Sequence record: NZ_CP124633.1
DNA: 64,000 bases
DNA from: a plasmid
Reading direction: 5' to 3' (one strand)
Position numbers and translations under genes: made by a program. Below the pieces are notes generated by a model. The model saw only the letters and a program-made list of their open reading frames with translations. It did no database searches and was not told the origin of the DNA. Below, piece by piece: positions 9,234 through 18,675 of the stretch. Position 1 is the stretch's first letter. Each line of letters begins with the position of its first letter.

Positions 9234-11519
9234 TCATGCTGCAATGAGTTGTCGTGCCAACGCCATCTCCACCGAATCTCCGTCTTGGTTCAATGAGTCG
9301 AGACCTGACTCGGGAACGTCTCCCGACGTGCTCTGAGCCACAGCGATCTTCTTGGCCATCAGTTGCAAGCAGGTGATCTGCGAGCTGCCGGCGTAGCCGA
9401 AGAACACCACCCGCACCGGGTGCCTCTGCCCGATCCGCCACGACCGCCGCGCGGCCTGCTGCAGGGTGTACACGTTGTATCCCGTCTGCAGGAACGCGAT
9501 GGTCGGGAAGTCGAGCAAGTCCAGGCCGGTCTTCACCAGTTCCGGGTTGGTGATCAGCACATCGATGCCGCGTTCAACCTGGTCGAGGATCCAGTCCTCG
9601 CGCCGAGAGGTAACGACCGAAGCACGTAGCACTGCCACCTTCAGCCCAGCCTGCTCGAGCACTTTCTTCAGCCTGGACGTGGTGTCGCGCGTTCCGCTGT
9701 AGACCGTGTAGGCCAGGACCTTGCGGCCCTTCGCTTTCTCCTCGAGGCAGAGGTCCAACAGCGCCTGTTCCTTTGGCATCAGTTGCTCGTCGCCGAAGAT
9801 CGCTGGCACGAAGGCCAGTGTGTCCCGGGTTCGCGGATGCTTGACGATCTCCGGTCGGAAACAGCAGTCCGGCCAAGCCAGCAGCACGTTGAGGACCACG
9901 CCCAGGAGCGTGGTATCTCGTCGCGCCAGAGCCTGGCGGAGCTCCGCTGTCAGCGTGGCCGCCAGGCGCTGATAGGCCGAAGCCTGATCCGGCGCCATGG
10001 GCACGTCGACGAGCTCTTCCTGGTAGTCGGGCAGTACGTTGCCGCCGATGTCCCTGAGCTTCAGGAACACGGTGAACGGCAATACGAAGCGGTGGATGCC
10101 CTTCGGGCCGAAGCCGGGAGCCTTCACCGTGCGTACCGAGAGCTTCTTGCCCCGGGCTGTCTTGTGCGAGTCACCATCGCGTTCGGTGTAGATGTCCTTG
10201 AGCACGCCGTGGTCGCGCATGAACGACATGGCTGCTGGAGCCATGCTGCCACGCGCGTTGGGCCGGTAGCCGTCCTCGATCATGCGCTGGGTGAGGATGC
10301 GGAACAGGAGGTAGAACAGGTCGTCGGCGTAGCCGCCCATGAGCGTTCCGGTCAGCAGCACGGTTTTCCGTGCCTTGGCTGCGAGAACGCCCATGGCCTG
10401 GCCCTGGGCCGAACTGCTGTTCTTGTACTCATGCCCCTCATCCACCACCAGCAGGTCGAAGTAGCCATCAGGTAGGTAGCGCTTGATGAACTCGGTCGGT
10501 TGGTAGCCTCCTTCGCCGAAGCCGAACTCGATGTTCGCCATCGATCGCTCCATGCGTTTGGCCTGCCGATCGCTGAAGACGAAGTTGCCCTTGGCGTCCA
10601 TCAGGTTGATGAACTCCGAGACGTTGTCCACCAACATCGTGGCCAGGAAGTCCTCGCCGAAGTCGTTCAGCAGGCGCTCCGCCCTGACCGGGCCGATGGT
10701 TGGAATCCGACACATCGACTTGAGGATCGTTGCGCGCCGGCTGCCGCCGTCAGGCTTGCCTGGCCGGATCAGCGTCCAGAGCGCCCCACGGCAGGAGGAA
10801 CAGGTACGTCGACGGTCACCACGCTCGAACTCCTCCACCGTGACCAGGTTGCCTTCCAGGTCCTCAAGGACCTGGCCGCAATCCGGGCACGCAGCGAGCA
10901 ATTGACCGCCAGCGGCGCGTTTCCTCCAGCAGGCGAGTCGCCAGTGGAAACCCATCCGCATCCGCACGCGGCCGAGGATGAAGAACTCCTGGCGCCCGTC
11001 GTAGGCGTCGCCCATCTGATCTCGCAGCTTGAGCAGCTTGAGTAGAGTATCTGGGCCGTTGAGTACCCAGACGCGGGCGCCTGGGATGGTCTCCAGTATC
11101 TCGCGGCGCCACTTGTAGACCAGGTGCGGCGGAGAGACGACCAGGGTCCGGCGATAGCCGGCCGCGTGCATGACCGCTGCGACAGCGATGGCCATCATGG
11201 TTTTCCCGGTGCCCATCTCGGCGTTGATGATCCCGGCCTGCTCGTTACGGTCCAGCAGCAGGGCGGTGATGGCCTGGACGACCTCGGCCTGGGCCGCGAA
11301 GGGCTTGCGCTTGAGTCGGTCCATCACCAACTGGCGGTGAGCGTTGTCGGATCCGGTATAGACCGGGGGGTTGGAGCGATTGAGCGACTCCAGGAGCTCG
11401 TCGCCGAACTCGTCGATGAAGTCGGTCAGGTTGATGTTCAGGGGGAGGCGGCCAGGGCGGCCGGTTGGGTCAGAGCGTTCATGTGCATCTCCTGCAGGTG
11501 AAGGAAGAAAGCAGGGCAT
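9234..11519 (-). CDS. SNF2-family helicase with Zn-ribbon (CPDCG...CSSCRG) and HhH (IPTIGPVRAERLLNDFG) insertion; true start probably ATG at 11482 (MNALTQPAALAAS...) joined through a C5/C6 homopolymer frameshift near 11449-11453
   Basis: Walker A AEMGTGKT, motif II VVDEGHEYKN, helicase C motifs; strong CAGGAGAT SD serves the +1 frame short ORF that fuses in frame if one C is added. Confidence 0.8.
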   Translation of the reverse strand: MPCFLPSPAGDAHERSDPTGRPGRLPLNINLTDFIDEFGDELLESLNRSNPPVYTGSDNAHRQLVMDRLKRKPFAAQAEVVQAITALLLDRNEQAGIINAEMGTGKTMMAIAVAAVMHAAGYRRTLVVSPPHLVYKWRREILETIPGARVWVLNGPDTLLKLLKLRDQMGDAYDGRQEFFILGRVRMRMGFHWRLACWRKRAAGGQLLAACPDCGQVLEDLEGNLVTVEEFERGDRRRTCSSCRGALWTLIRPGKPDGGSRRATILKSMCRIPTIGPVRAERLLNDFGEDFLATMLVDNVSEFINLMDAKGNFVFSDRQAKRMERSMANIEFGFGEGGYQPTEFIKRYLPDGYFDLLVVDEGHEYKNSSSAQGQAMGVLAAKARKTVLLTGTLMGGYADDLFYLLFRILTQRMIEDGYRPNARGSMAPAAMSFMRDHGVLKDIYTERDGDSHKTARGKKLSVRTVKAPGFGPKGIHRFVLPFTVFLKLRDIGGNVLPDYQEELVDVPMAPDQASAYQRLAATLTAELRQALARRDTTLLGVVLNVLLAWPDCCFRPEIVKHPRTRDTLAFVPAIFGDEQLMPKEQALLDLCLEEKAKGRKVLAYTVYSGTRDTTSRLKKVLEQAGLKVAVLRASVVTSRREDWILDQVERGIDVLITNPELVKTGLDLLDFPTIAFLQTGYNVYTLQQAARRSWRIGQRHPVRVVFFGYAGSSQITCLQLMAKKIAVAQSTSGDVPESGLDSLNQDGDSVEMALARQLIAA

Positions 11520-11586
11520 GCACGTCCCTTTCGGGTATCGGCATACCCTGCAGGGTGGAGTGGAAGGAATCGCCGTGGGGGCGAGG

Positions 11587-13032
11587 TCAGTAGTCGCTGG
11601 GGAGCAACAGGGTGGTCGAACTGCGATCAGCCTCAGTGATGATCCAGAGCCTGGATTCGCCGCCGGCGTCGATGTCGTAGGACGACAGCAGCCGATCGCC
11701 GAACTTCAGGGCTCTCTGGTTGGTGTTCCAGTCTTCCTGGTCCAGCGTCCCCCAATCTCCCGCCAGATGGCGGTTCAGCAAGGGCGCTGGGTTGAGTTGA
11801 CCGATTTCCACCAGGTGGCTAACGGCAGCGGTCATTACGACCTGGCCAGGGTTGAACAGCAGCGGTTCCGGGGTAGGCTCAGGTTGGGGCTCTTCAGCTT
11901 CTTCCGTGGTTGCGGCCGAGGAGCTGATGGTCAGCACGCGGCCCTGATTGACCGAGGAAGGTGTCATTTCCCATGCCCGGATGATCGGGATGAAACGGTC
12001 GGTGAGGATCCTCACCTCGGTGATGTTGCCGTCGTCGTCTTCGGTGAATTCGGTCTTGCGAACCTTGTCCTTGTAGGTGTCACCCTTCACGACCAGGATC
12101 CGGCCCGACTTCGATTGCACGACGCCGGATATCGCGCCGGCGGCCAAGGCCAGGGCCAGGTGCCAGCGAGACAGCTCGCGGACTGGTGGGCGCGGCTGCA
12201 GCCCCGCTTGCGCGAAGTGCAGGTTGAAGTCAGGCCAGAGACCTCGCAGCCGCTGGATTTCACCGGCGAACTGCTCCGGCTCCAGGGTTACTCGGTAGAA
12301 GTGCTCCAGCTCGCTGGTGGCCGGCAGAACCACGTAGGGTTCCCATGGCCAAGCCGCTGGAATTTCCTCGGCCTTTTCCTGGCCCGCGTCGATCGCCTGC
12401 AGGCGAGACCTCACCTGATTGGCGTCCGCCCGGGCCAGGTCCTGCCGACGGACCCGGATGCCGAAGATCACCACCTGCTTGAAGGTAGGATCCGCGGCTG
12501 CGTAGATGTGCAGGCCAGTGAAGTGGTTGCTCAGCCAGCCAGACAGCTCATCGTCCAAGACGTAGTGAGGAACAATCAGGACCATGACGCCGCCGTACTG
12601 CAGCAACGGCAGGCAGCGCTGGTAGAACGCTTTCTCCAGACGCCGGCGGCCGCTGCCCTGGTACTGCGACGCACCGGAGTGGTCCGCCACCAGGTCGCCA
12701 TAAGGCGGGTTGAGCCAGAGCAGTCCGAACGACTGCCTGCTGATCATGGTGTCGAAAAGGTCACTGTGCAGCACTCGGTCAAGCAAGCCACGAGCGTGGT
12801 CGGCGCGCTCGCGGTCGTACTCGACAGCGAGGGCTTGGACCTGATCGCGGCCGAGGGTGTGCGCTGCCTCAGCCAGGGCAACCCCCTCACCGGCGCAGGG
12901 ATCACAGATCCTCATTCTGCCCGACGGGGCAGGAGCGAGGGCCTGCAGAGCGCGTTCGAGGGTGACCTCATCGGTAGGGAAGTAGCCGTTGCGTGCAAAG
13001 TTGCGCGCCAAGCGCGGGAACATGAGGGCCAT
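11587..13032 (-). CDS. gamma-class N6-adenine DNA methyltransferase with ~200-aa C-terminal domain of unknown function (...WIITEADRSSTTLLLPSDY)
   Basis: motif I DPCAGEGVA before motif IV LNPPYGD; 481 aa; operon partner of the SNF2 helicase. Confidence 0.8.
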   Translation of the reverse strand: MALMFPRLARNFARNGYFPTDEVTLERALQALAPAPSGRMRICDPCAGEGVALAEAAHTLGRDQVQALAVEYDRERADHARGLLDRVLHSDLFDTMISRQSFGLLWLNPPYGDLVADHSGASQYQGSGRRRLEKAFYQRCLPLLQYGGVMVLIVPHYVLDDELSGWLSNHFTGLHIYAAADPTFKQVVIFGIRVRRQDLARADANQVRSRLQAIDAGQEKAEEIPAAWPWEPYVVLPATSELEHFYRVTLEPEQFAGEIQRLRGLWPDFNLHFAQAGLQPRPPVRELSRWHLALALAAGAISGVVQSKSGRILVVKGDTYKDKVRKTEFTEDDDGNITEVRILTDRFIPIIRAWEMTPSSVNQGRVLTISSSAATTEEAEEPQPEPTPEPLLFNPGQVVMTAAVSHLVEIGQLNPAPLLNRHLAGDWGTLDQEDWNTNQRALKFGDRLLSSYDIDAGGESRLWIITEADRSSTTLLLPSDY

Positions 13033-13062
13033 GGGGCCTCCTTGAGTCTGAGAGGGATGGCT

Positions 13063-13666
13063 CAGGCTTGCGCCTGAGCATCGGTGGTAAGAATGCTTTC
13101 GCGGATCAGCTCACCGAGGGTGGGCTCGAGCACGTCGACCCGCAGGGCGAGTCGCCAGGCGCAGACGTTGCCGATCGTCCCGGGTAGGGCCGTCAACATC
13201 TGGTGCTGGGTGAGGACCTCCATCACCGGCTCGCGCCAGTGCTGCAGGAGGGGAGCGGACAGGTTTCCATCACCAGCGGCCAGAGCCTCTGGTGTGGATC
13301 CTCATCGCGCTGCAGGAGTGCGAAGGCGAGGTGATTGCCTCGGTCGGGCGCCGAGGCGCGCCGATCGAACAGCCAAAGATTGAGCAGGCTGCCGAACAAC
13401 GTGCCGCGGAACTGGCGGGTGGTGCGTTTCTCCAGGAGATCCTGGTTTGGGAAGACAGGTAAGCGGCGGCCGTCCACGATGATGTGGAAATGGTCGATGC
13501 CATTTTCTTCCCGGCCCAGCGTCAGCCTGGCCAGGAACTCTTGTGTCACGGTGTCGCGGCCCCAGGCCGAAAGAAAGACCAGGTTGCGCTGCTCGTCGCA
13601 CACGCAGGCGTCGACGTACAGGTCTGGGCACTCTTCGATCTGGTAGAGCGGGGTGGGACTGGGCAT
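13063..13666 (-). CDS. hypothetical protein; ORF 13223..13666 (147 aa) plus overlapping 53-aa frame (MEVLTQHQMLTALPGTIGNV...) probably one ~200-aa protein split by a C-run deletion near 13250-13253
   Basis: CAGGAGG SD before 13666 ATG; +2 frame after ctcccctcc reads ...LPLLQHWREPVMEVLTQ... continuously. Confidence 0.45.
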
Positions 13667-13757
13667 AGGAACCTCCTGGAAGGAGGAGCCACGCCGCCCT
13701 CAAGGGGCGGTGAAGCCCCTCGGGGTGTAGTCCAACTGGTGCAGGGGAGCGTGGTGG

Positions 13758-14012
13758 CTACCGAACGCTCTTGGTGTGAGGGTCGAACCTGAGCCCATCG
13801 GCTTGGTGCAGCGGCCCTTGGCCGATCAGGAAGACCTGGCAGAGGTACTGATCGCGTAGCGCGACAGCCGCTTCCGCCTGCTCCAAGGTCAGCGACAGCT
13901 CCTCGATGAACAGGTCGATGAGCTCGTCGTCGCCGGCGACGTCGTTGTTGGACAGTTGATCCTCGAGGTAGGCGAGGGTTTCCTGGGTGAGGTTGGTGAA
14001 CAGTGGGTTCAT
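13758..14012 (-). CDS. small highly acidic protein (84 aa), possible DNA-mimic/anti-restriction-type protein
   Basis: AGGAGC SD; EDQLSNNDVAGDDELIDLFIEELSLTLEQAEAA; flanked by CCCTCAAGGG hairpins. Confidence 0.45.
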   Translation of the reverse strand: MNPLFTNLTQETLAYLEDQLSNNDVAGDDELIDLFIEELSLTLEQAEAAVALRDQYLCQVFLIGQGPLHQADGLRFDPHTKSVR

Positions 14013-14079
14013 GGTGTGCTCCTGGTGGTAGACGAGGAGCGCCCTTGAGGGAGCCCCTCAAGGGAAGTGGTTGGTGCGG

Positions 14080-14442
14080 TCAGGCTTGGTGTTCTTGCGT
14101 CAGACGGTCTCGCCACTCCTGGTTGGTCTCATCGTGAGCCAGATCCAGGAACTCCAGCGGACAGCCGTAGTAGAACGGGCCTGCTTTCTCCGGAATGGTC
14201 TTGTAGCCCCATTGCCCGGCCGAGCAGTCCAGCAAGTGCAGCTCGATCATGGTGATCGAGTGACCGGCCGGCTTGCCGAAATAGAATCCGGCAAGGTGGA
14301 AGGTTCGTTTTACGACAGTCCAAAGTTCATTGCCGGAGACTGCGTGTGCCAGCACCTCGGTGCTGCCTGCGAAGGTACTGGTTGGGGCCAGCAGCTCACG
14401 CAGCAGGTCTTCCTTCGTCTGATGTGAGAAAAGCCATCCCAT
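14080..14442 (-). CDS. hypothetical protein (120 aa)
   Basis: ORF with CAGGAGCAC SD. Confidence 0.5.
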   Translation of the reverse strand: MGWLFSHQTKEDLLRELLAPTSTFAGSTEVLAHAVSGNELWTVVKRTFHLAGFYFGKPAGHSITMIELHLLDCSAGQWGYKTIPEKAGPFYYGCPLEFLDLAHDETNQEWRDRLTQEHQA

Positions 14443-14544
14443 AGGTGTGCTCCTGTGGTTGGCCAGGTCTCCCTGACGGGAGAACCCGGCAGGGGTGGGT
14501 AGGGTGTTGCTTCAGCGTGTTGCGCGCTCAAGGCGCTGGAGGAG

Positions 14545-15336
14545 TCAGCTGGTTGACAGAGCAACGCCAATAGCAGCAGCGCTTACAGCCATTGCGCTGA
14601 TAGCCTGGTGGGTGGAACAGGTTGTAGTAGCACTCCGGGCTGCCGTGCGGCGCTCGTAGTCATCGTCTAGCGACTGATTGACCCCGGCTTTGGCTCCAAC
14701 ATGGAGAGGGCACGCTTTGCGGGTCCACACTTGTTTTTTGAAGTCGAGCTCATAGCCCAGCGCGCCGAGTCGCACACATTGTTGGCGTAGTCGCTTGCGG
14801 TCGACCGTGGTGTCCAGCTTGACGATTTCGCCTAGCGGCCAGACCGTCCCGAACAGTTCTGCATCTGCGTCTGTGTCCAGAGTGGCGGCCTGCTCTGCAG
14901 GAGCCGGAGGGTCCATACCGAAAGGCGCGTCGTCCCCGGTTGCAGCGGGGCGCAGAGGCTTCGGTTTCTGGGGCGACTTCGGCGGTGCCGCCGGTGCGGC
15001 AGTGGGTTGCTGGATCGCGGGCACTTCGTCGAGCGGATCCACCTCATTGCCAGAGAGACGCTCTGCCTCCTCGTCGCTGAGGTTGTCCACGTCGTCCAGA
15101 GTCATGCTGTCGAGCTTCGCGCGGATCTCGACGACCAGCCGGCCGCCGGTGGTGTAGTAGGAGGGACGGATCTCGGTGATGGCGAAATCACCGCGGTACT
15201 TGCCTTCGATGTGCTGGTCCAGGAGAGCGTCCTTGATGACGAACTCCCCGATCGAGGTCGAGAGCTTTCCCACGTTGAACTCGCCATTGCGACCGTTGAT
15301 GGTTCGAATGGCCAACTGGCCGGGTATGTTGATCAT
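14545..15336 (-). CDS. DUF3275-like ICE protein with Pro/Ala-rich acidic linker
   Basis: ORF 14545..15459; start taken at MINIPGQLAIRTINGRNGEF because upstream extension is R/S-rich junk. Confidence 0.5.
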   Translation of the reverse strand: MINIPGQLAIRTINGRNGEFNVGKLSTSIGEFVIKDALLDQHIEGKYRGDFAITEIRPSYYTTGGRLVVEIRAKLDSMTLDDVDNLSDEEAERLSGNEVDPLDEVPAIQQPTAAPAAPPKSPQKPKPLRPAATGDDAPFGMDPPAPAEQAATLDTDADAELFGTVWPLGEIVKLDTTVDRKRLRQQCVRLGALGYELDFKKQVWTRKACPLHVGAKAGVNQSLDDDYERRTAARSATTTCSTHQAISAMAVSAAAIGVALSTS

Positions 15337-15391
15337 GGCGTGACCTGCGAAAAGGATGATCCCGCCGAAGCGGGATCGTGGTGAGGGAGAA

Positions 15392-15742
15392 CTACTCGGT
15401 ATCCGGGTTGCCCTGGAGGCTTTCTTCCTGCAGCTCGATGCGCAGGTAGGAAGGCTCATCGGACGGCTCGACTATCGAGAGGACCAGCAGCGCGAGCGCG
15501 CGGTCCTGCCCCTCTTCCTCCTTGTGGTACAGGTGGAATTGGATGTGCTTCGCGGTCGGCTGGAGCGAAAGCTCCTGCCAGGCGGTTTGAACGACACTGG
15601 CCAGCCGGGTGCCCATCTCGTCGACCCTGGCAGGGTTGGCGAGATAGACCAGGCGCAGCCAGGCCGCGTTGGTGAGAACGATCGGGAGTTTGAGGTACGC
15701 AGCAGTGTGACCTGCGCTGGAGTGGTTGTTGAGAGAGGTCAT
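15392..15742 (-). CDS. hypothetical ICE protein (116 aa)
   Basis: ORF with GGAGAC SD. Confidence 0.5.
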   Translation of the reverse strand: MTSLNNHSSAGHTAAYLKLPIVLTNAAWLRLVYLANPARVDEMGTRLASVVQTAWQELSLQPTAKHIQFHLYHKEEEGQDRALALLVLSIVEPSDEPSYLRIELQEESLQGNPDTE

Positions 15743-15977
15743 GAGAGGTCTCCGAATACGCAGGCCTCTCCCGCGGGGATGAGGTCCCCGCGTGGGTGGG
15801 TAGGATGCACTCCATCACTTGCGTGATGCGACCGCGCTGCCGAGTGCTGTGGCGGTCTTGGGTGGGTTAGCGCTTGCGCGCCGGAGCCTTAAACCCTGGC
15901 TCCTTGGGAGGCGCTGTCAACGACAGCGAGCCAATTCGAATTCGGGGGCTGGCGGGATTTCCCGCCGGCCGGATTGC

Positions 15978-16685
15978 TCAATCGTCATAAAGCGGCAGGC
16001 CCTTGAGCGTGGGCGCGAATGGATCAAGTACCAGGAGCCGGATGTCTGCTTGTCCCGCGAGGTGAAGCAGATCGACCAGGTGTTCGTCGAGGCCGAAGTC
16101 AAGCTGTTCTTGTCGAAGAGCGGCTGCGGTCATCTCCAGGATCTCCAGACACTCATCCGTCCAAGGGGTGTTGTGCAAGCGAAAGCCCACGGCACCGTGC
16201 TCGTTACACCAGAAGAGCGATACCAACACCGAGGGCAAGCGGATTGGCATCTTGGTCGAGAACCTTTCGTAGAGGCTATTCCACGCCCTGATGGGTAGAT
16301 GTGTTTTTCTGATCTCCCAGCAGCGGTTATAACCGCCGCCGAACGAAAGGTATCGAACGACACTCTCGGCTTCGGTCAGTGAGTATTGATCTCCGATAAG
16401 CTTTTTTCTGCCGTCCTGCTCACCGTAGATGCTGTAAAGTACGTTTCTCACTATTCCTTGGTGAGGGCATTTTTCAACTCTTTCATCGTCTAAGTCTTGG
16501 GTTACCACGGCGAAATCGCCATTGAAGTAGCACTGCTCGCACTGAAAATATTCGTCTGGGAGGTGCTGCTGGGTTTCATGCAGTGCGCGGTAGCACGGTA
16601 GATTGTCGCCTTCGTCAGTGATCTGCAGGTTTCGCTCGATGCGGAAACTCTCATAGCCGCGAATAAACGGATTGAGTTGAGTCAT
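15978..16685 (-). CDS. Cys-rich hypothetical protein (CYRALHE...CEQCYFNG...KCPHQG), lower-GC cargo
   Basis: 235-aa ORF, GGAGAT SD, local drop in GC. Confidence 0.55.
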   Translation of the reverse strand: MTQLNPFIRGYESFRIERNLQITDEGDNLPCYRALHETQQHLPDEYFQCEQCYFNGDFAVVTQDLDDERVEKCPHQGIVRNVLYSIYGEQDGRKKLIGDQYSLTEAESVVRYLSFGGGYNRCWEIRKTHLPIRAWNSLYERFSTKMPIRLPSVLVSLFWCNEHGAVGFRLHNTPWTDECLEILEMTAAALRQEQLDFGLDEHLVDLLHLAGQADIRLLVLDPFAPTLKGLPLYDD

Positions 16686-16785
16686 GGGGTATCTCCGGTT
16701 GCCGGGAAGCCCATGCCCTTGGAGGCTATGGACCTCCAGGTGAGTAGGGGCGCCGAAGCGCCCAGGTGATGTCGAGTTGTTGTAG

Positions 16786-17064
16786 TTAACGCGATAGGTG
16801 TTCTTCTTTACGCCGAGCCTTCTGGTATCGCTCTACCAGGCCATAGTATTGAAGTACCGGTGATGTGCTCGAGTCGCAACCATGCTCACAGTCGGCCTGC
16901 GCCAAAGCTTCGATTGCATCTTGAATTACATAGAGCTCGATACTGAGTCCTGCATCGCCAAACTCATCAACCAAGCCTTTGCACAGAATGTACTCGAACT
17001 TGCTTTGTGCGGCTTGTACTCCGATGTTGAGTAGAGCTGGGAGCCTTTCTGGGTATGTGTTCAT
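16786..17064 (-). CDS. hypothetical protein (92 aa)
   Basis: ORF, start at MNTYPERL. Confidence 0.4.
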   Translation of the reverse strand: MNTYPERLPALLNIGVQAAQSKFEYILCKGLVDEFGDAGLSIELYVIQDAIEALAQADCEHGCDSSTSPVLQYYGLVERYQKARRKEEHLSR

Positions 17065-17168
17065 GGTGAGTTCCAATTCGTAATCAAATCGGAGAGGTCA
17101 CCTCCCAACAGGGGTGATGACCCCGTCTGGGTTGAATTAGAAGATGAACATGGGCAAAAGGGTAAAGC

Positions 17169-17366
17169 TTAATATTCCCGTTGCGTCCAAGTACCGTTGT
17201 CTAATGCCTGTTGAGCAAGATCGCGGGAGGGGTAATATTCAACCGACTCGCGCGAGGCTGGTCCTTCTTCATCAAGGGTGCCGATATAGAAGCCGGCGTT
17301 GGACATAAGAACCTGCAGCGGCAGTTCGAGACGAAGATGGGCGAGTGCCCGCTTTCCGTATTGCAT
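17169..17366 (-). CDS. hypothetical small protein (65 aa)
   Basis: start MQYGKRAL with AAGGAGA SD. Confidence 0.45.
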   Translation of the reverse strand: MQYGKRALAHLRLELPLQVLMSNAGFYIGTLDEEGPASRESVEYYPSRDLAQQALDNGTWTQREY

Positions 17367-17439
17367 GGTGATTCTCCTTTCGGTAGGAAACACCAGTCCC
17401 AAGGGGACTGAGGTCCCCTAAATGGGAAATGTTTGGCGG

Positions 17440-17598
17440 TTAGGCCAGGGCAGATACCTGGGCATTGTTGCTGGCTAGGAACAGCCAGGCGAAGTTGCAG
17501 AAATGCCTGCTGAGCAGCAACTCGTCCTCGATGTCAGAGAGGCAAACTTCCTCTACTTCCGGCAGGGCGGGCAGATCTACGATTTGGATATTGCTCAT
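17440..17598 (-). CDS. hypothetical small protein (52 aa)
   Basis: start MSNIQIVDLP with GGAGAT SD. Confidence 0.35.
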   Translation of the reverse strand: MSNIQIVDLPALPEVEEVCLSDIEDELLLSRHFCNFAWLFLASNNAQVSALA

Positions 17599-17735
17599 GA
17601 TGATCTCCAGATAATGGAGAACACCACGCCCTGGGGGAGATGGTGCCCCCCGGATGGGTATGCGATGAAGAGTGGCGCATAGCGTAGGTAGTGAAAGGCC
17701 CTCGGGATGAGGGCCGGTATTCAATCAAGCCGTGC

Positions 17736-18215
17736 TCAAGCAGCGGCTTGTTCAGCAGGGGCTGCGGGTTCACCTTGCGGTTCGCCTTGGCCTTGCTGGG
17801 CTTTTTCAGCTTCTTCCTTCGCATCGTAGACGGTGGTGCCATCTACTTTGATCCAGGAGATGAAGAGCAGCCGGCCTTTGAGACTTGCGTCGGGCCTGCC
17901 TTGTTTCTCGCCTTTCTGGTGGATGAAGGGATCCGCCCAGATATCGCCGATACGGAAGGAAATCAGAACCTTCTTCTTGGCCTCGACTGCTTCCTTGCAA
18001 CGGCGGACAAGCTTTTCAGCCTGGGCGCCGACCACTTTGCAGTCGATGTAGGAGTATTCCACGCTGTCTGCCGCGCCATGGAGGGCTGCGACGGTTACGG
18101 CGAGGAACGGTTCACCTCGGCGGATCGGTACTTCGCGGATGCGATTGAGGTAGCCGATACCGGTGGTGTGCAGGTCGAAATATTTGGCTTCTTGGGCTTG
18201 GGTGTTGTTGCTCAT
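17736..18215 (-). CDS. DUF3577/STY4534-like ICE protein
   Basis: start MSNNTQAQEAKYFDLHTTGIGYLNRIREV; Gln/Glu-rich C-terminal tail. Confidence 0.6.
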   Translation of the reverse strand: MSNNTQAQEAKYFDLHTTGIGYLNRIREVPIRRGEPFLAVTVAALHGAADSVEYSYIDCKVVGAQAEKLVRRCKEAVEAKKKVLISFRIGDIWADPFIHQKGEKQGRPDASLKGRLLFISWIKVDGTTVYDAKEEAEKAQQGQGEPQGEPAAPAEQAAA

Positions 18216-18480
18216 GATGGTTCTCCAGTTTCGTAAGCGAAAGCGGAGAAACACCTTGCCCGTCAGGGAAAAGTATTCCCCGCATGGGTCGGTATTGGGA
18301 GGTAAATCTGAGGGAGAGGGCTTCCATCAACCTGTGGTTGATTGATCGCGCTACCGGAAGCTGGTGCGATCTTGGGTTCGATCTACACGGAAGTCCGTGT
18401 CGTAGTCTTTCAGATCATGACTACTGGGGGAGGGTTGCCGACAACGTCAGCAGCTCACGGGGTAAAGGATGGGCAGGGGA
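18216..18480 (-). repeat. ~265-bp leader element, copy A (homologous to 19317..19570)
   Basis: shared blocks gcggagaaacac, attccccgcatgggtcgg, gctaccggaagct, ggtcttgggttcgatc, gttgccgacaacgtcagcag. Confidence 0.5.
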
Positions 18481-18504
18481 AAAATGAATGTCAATACCCT
18501 TGAA

Positions 18505-18536
18505 ATGAAAAAAGCGCCCAGTGTTGGGCGCTTTCA
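18505..18536. terminator. bidirectional intrinsic terminator
   Basis: aaagcgccca-gtgt-tgggcgcttt perfect 10-bp stem flanked by A-run and T-run. Confidence 0.55.
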
Positions 18537-18539
18537 TGG

Positions 18540-18674
18540 TCAATGATGACGGGGAAGAATCCGATGTTTTTGGCACCAGGTCTTGACTTGAGGCCAACTG
18601 AACCAGAGGGCTATGCCGGAGCAGATAACCACCAGGCTGGTCATGATGATCATGCCGAACTCGGTCTGGGACAT
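18540..18674 (-). CDS. small hydrophobic peptide (44 aa), tentative
   Basis: own translation MSQTEFGMIIMTSLVVICSGIALWFSW...; below ORF-track size cutoff. Confidence 0.3.
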   Translation of the reverse strand: MSQTEFGMIIMTSLVVICSGIALWFSWPQVKTWCQKHRILPRHH

Positions 18675-18675
18675 T

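Noticed and set aside
11371-13077. 568-aa plus-strand ORF
   Set aside because: Antisense to the methyltransferase, whose NPPY and DPxxGxG motifs are on the minus strand. The product is Arg/Gly-rich.
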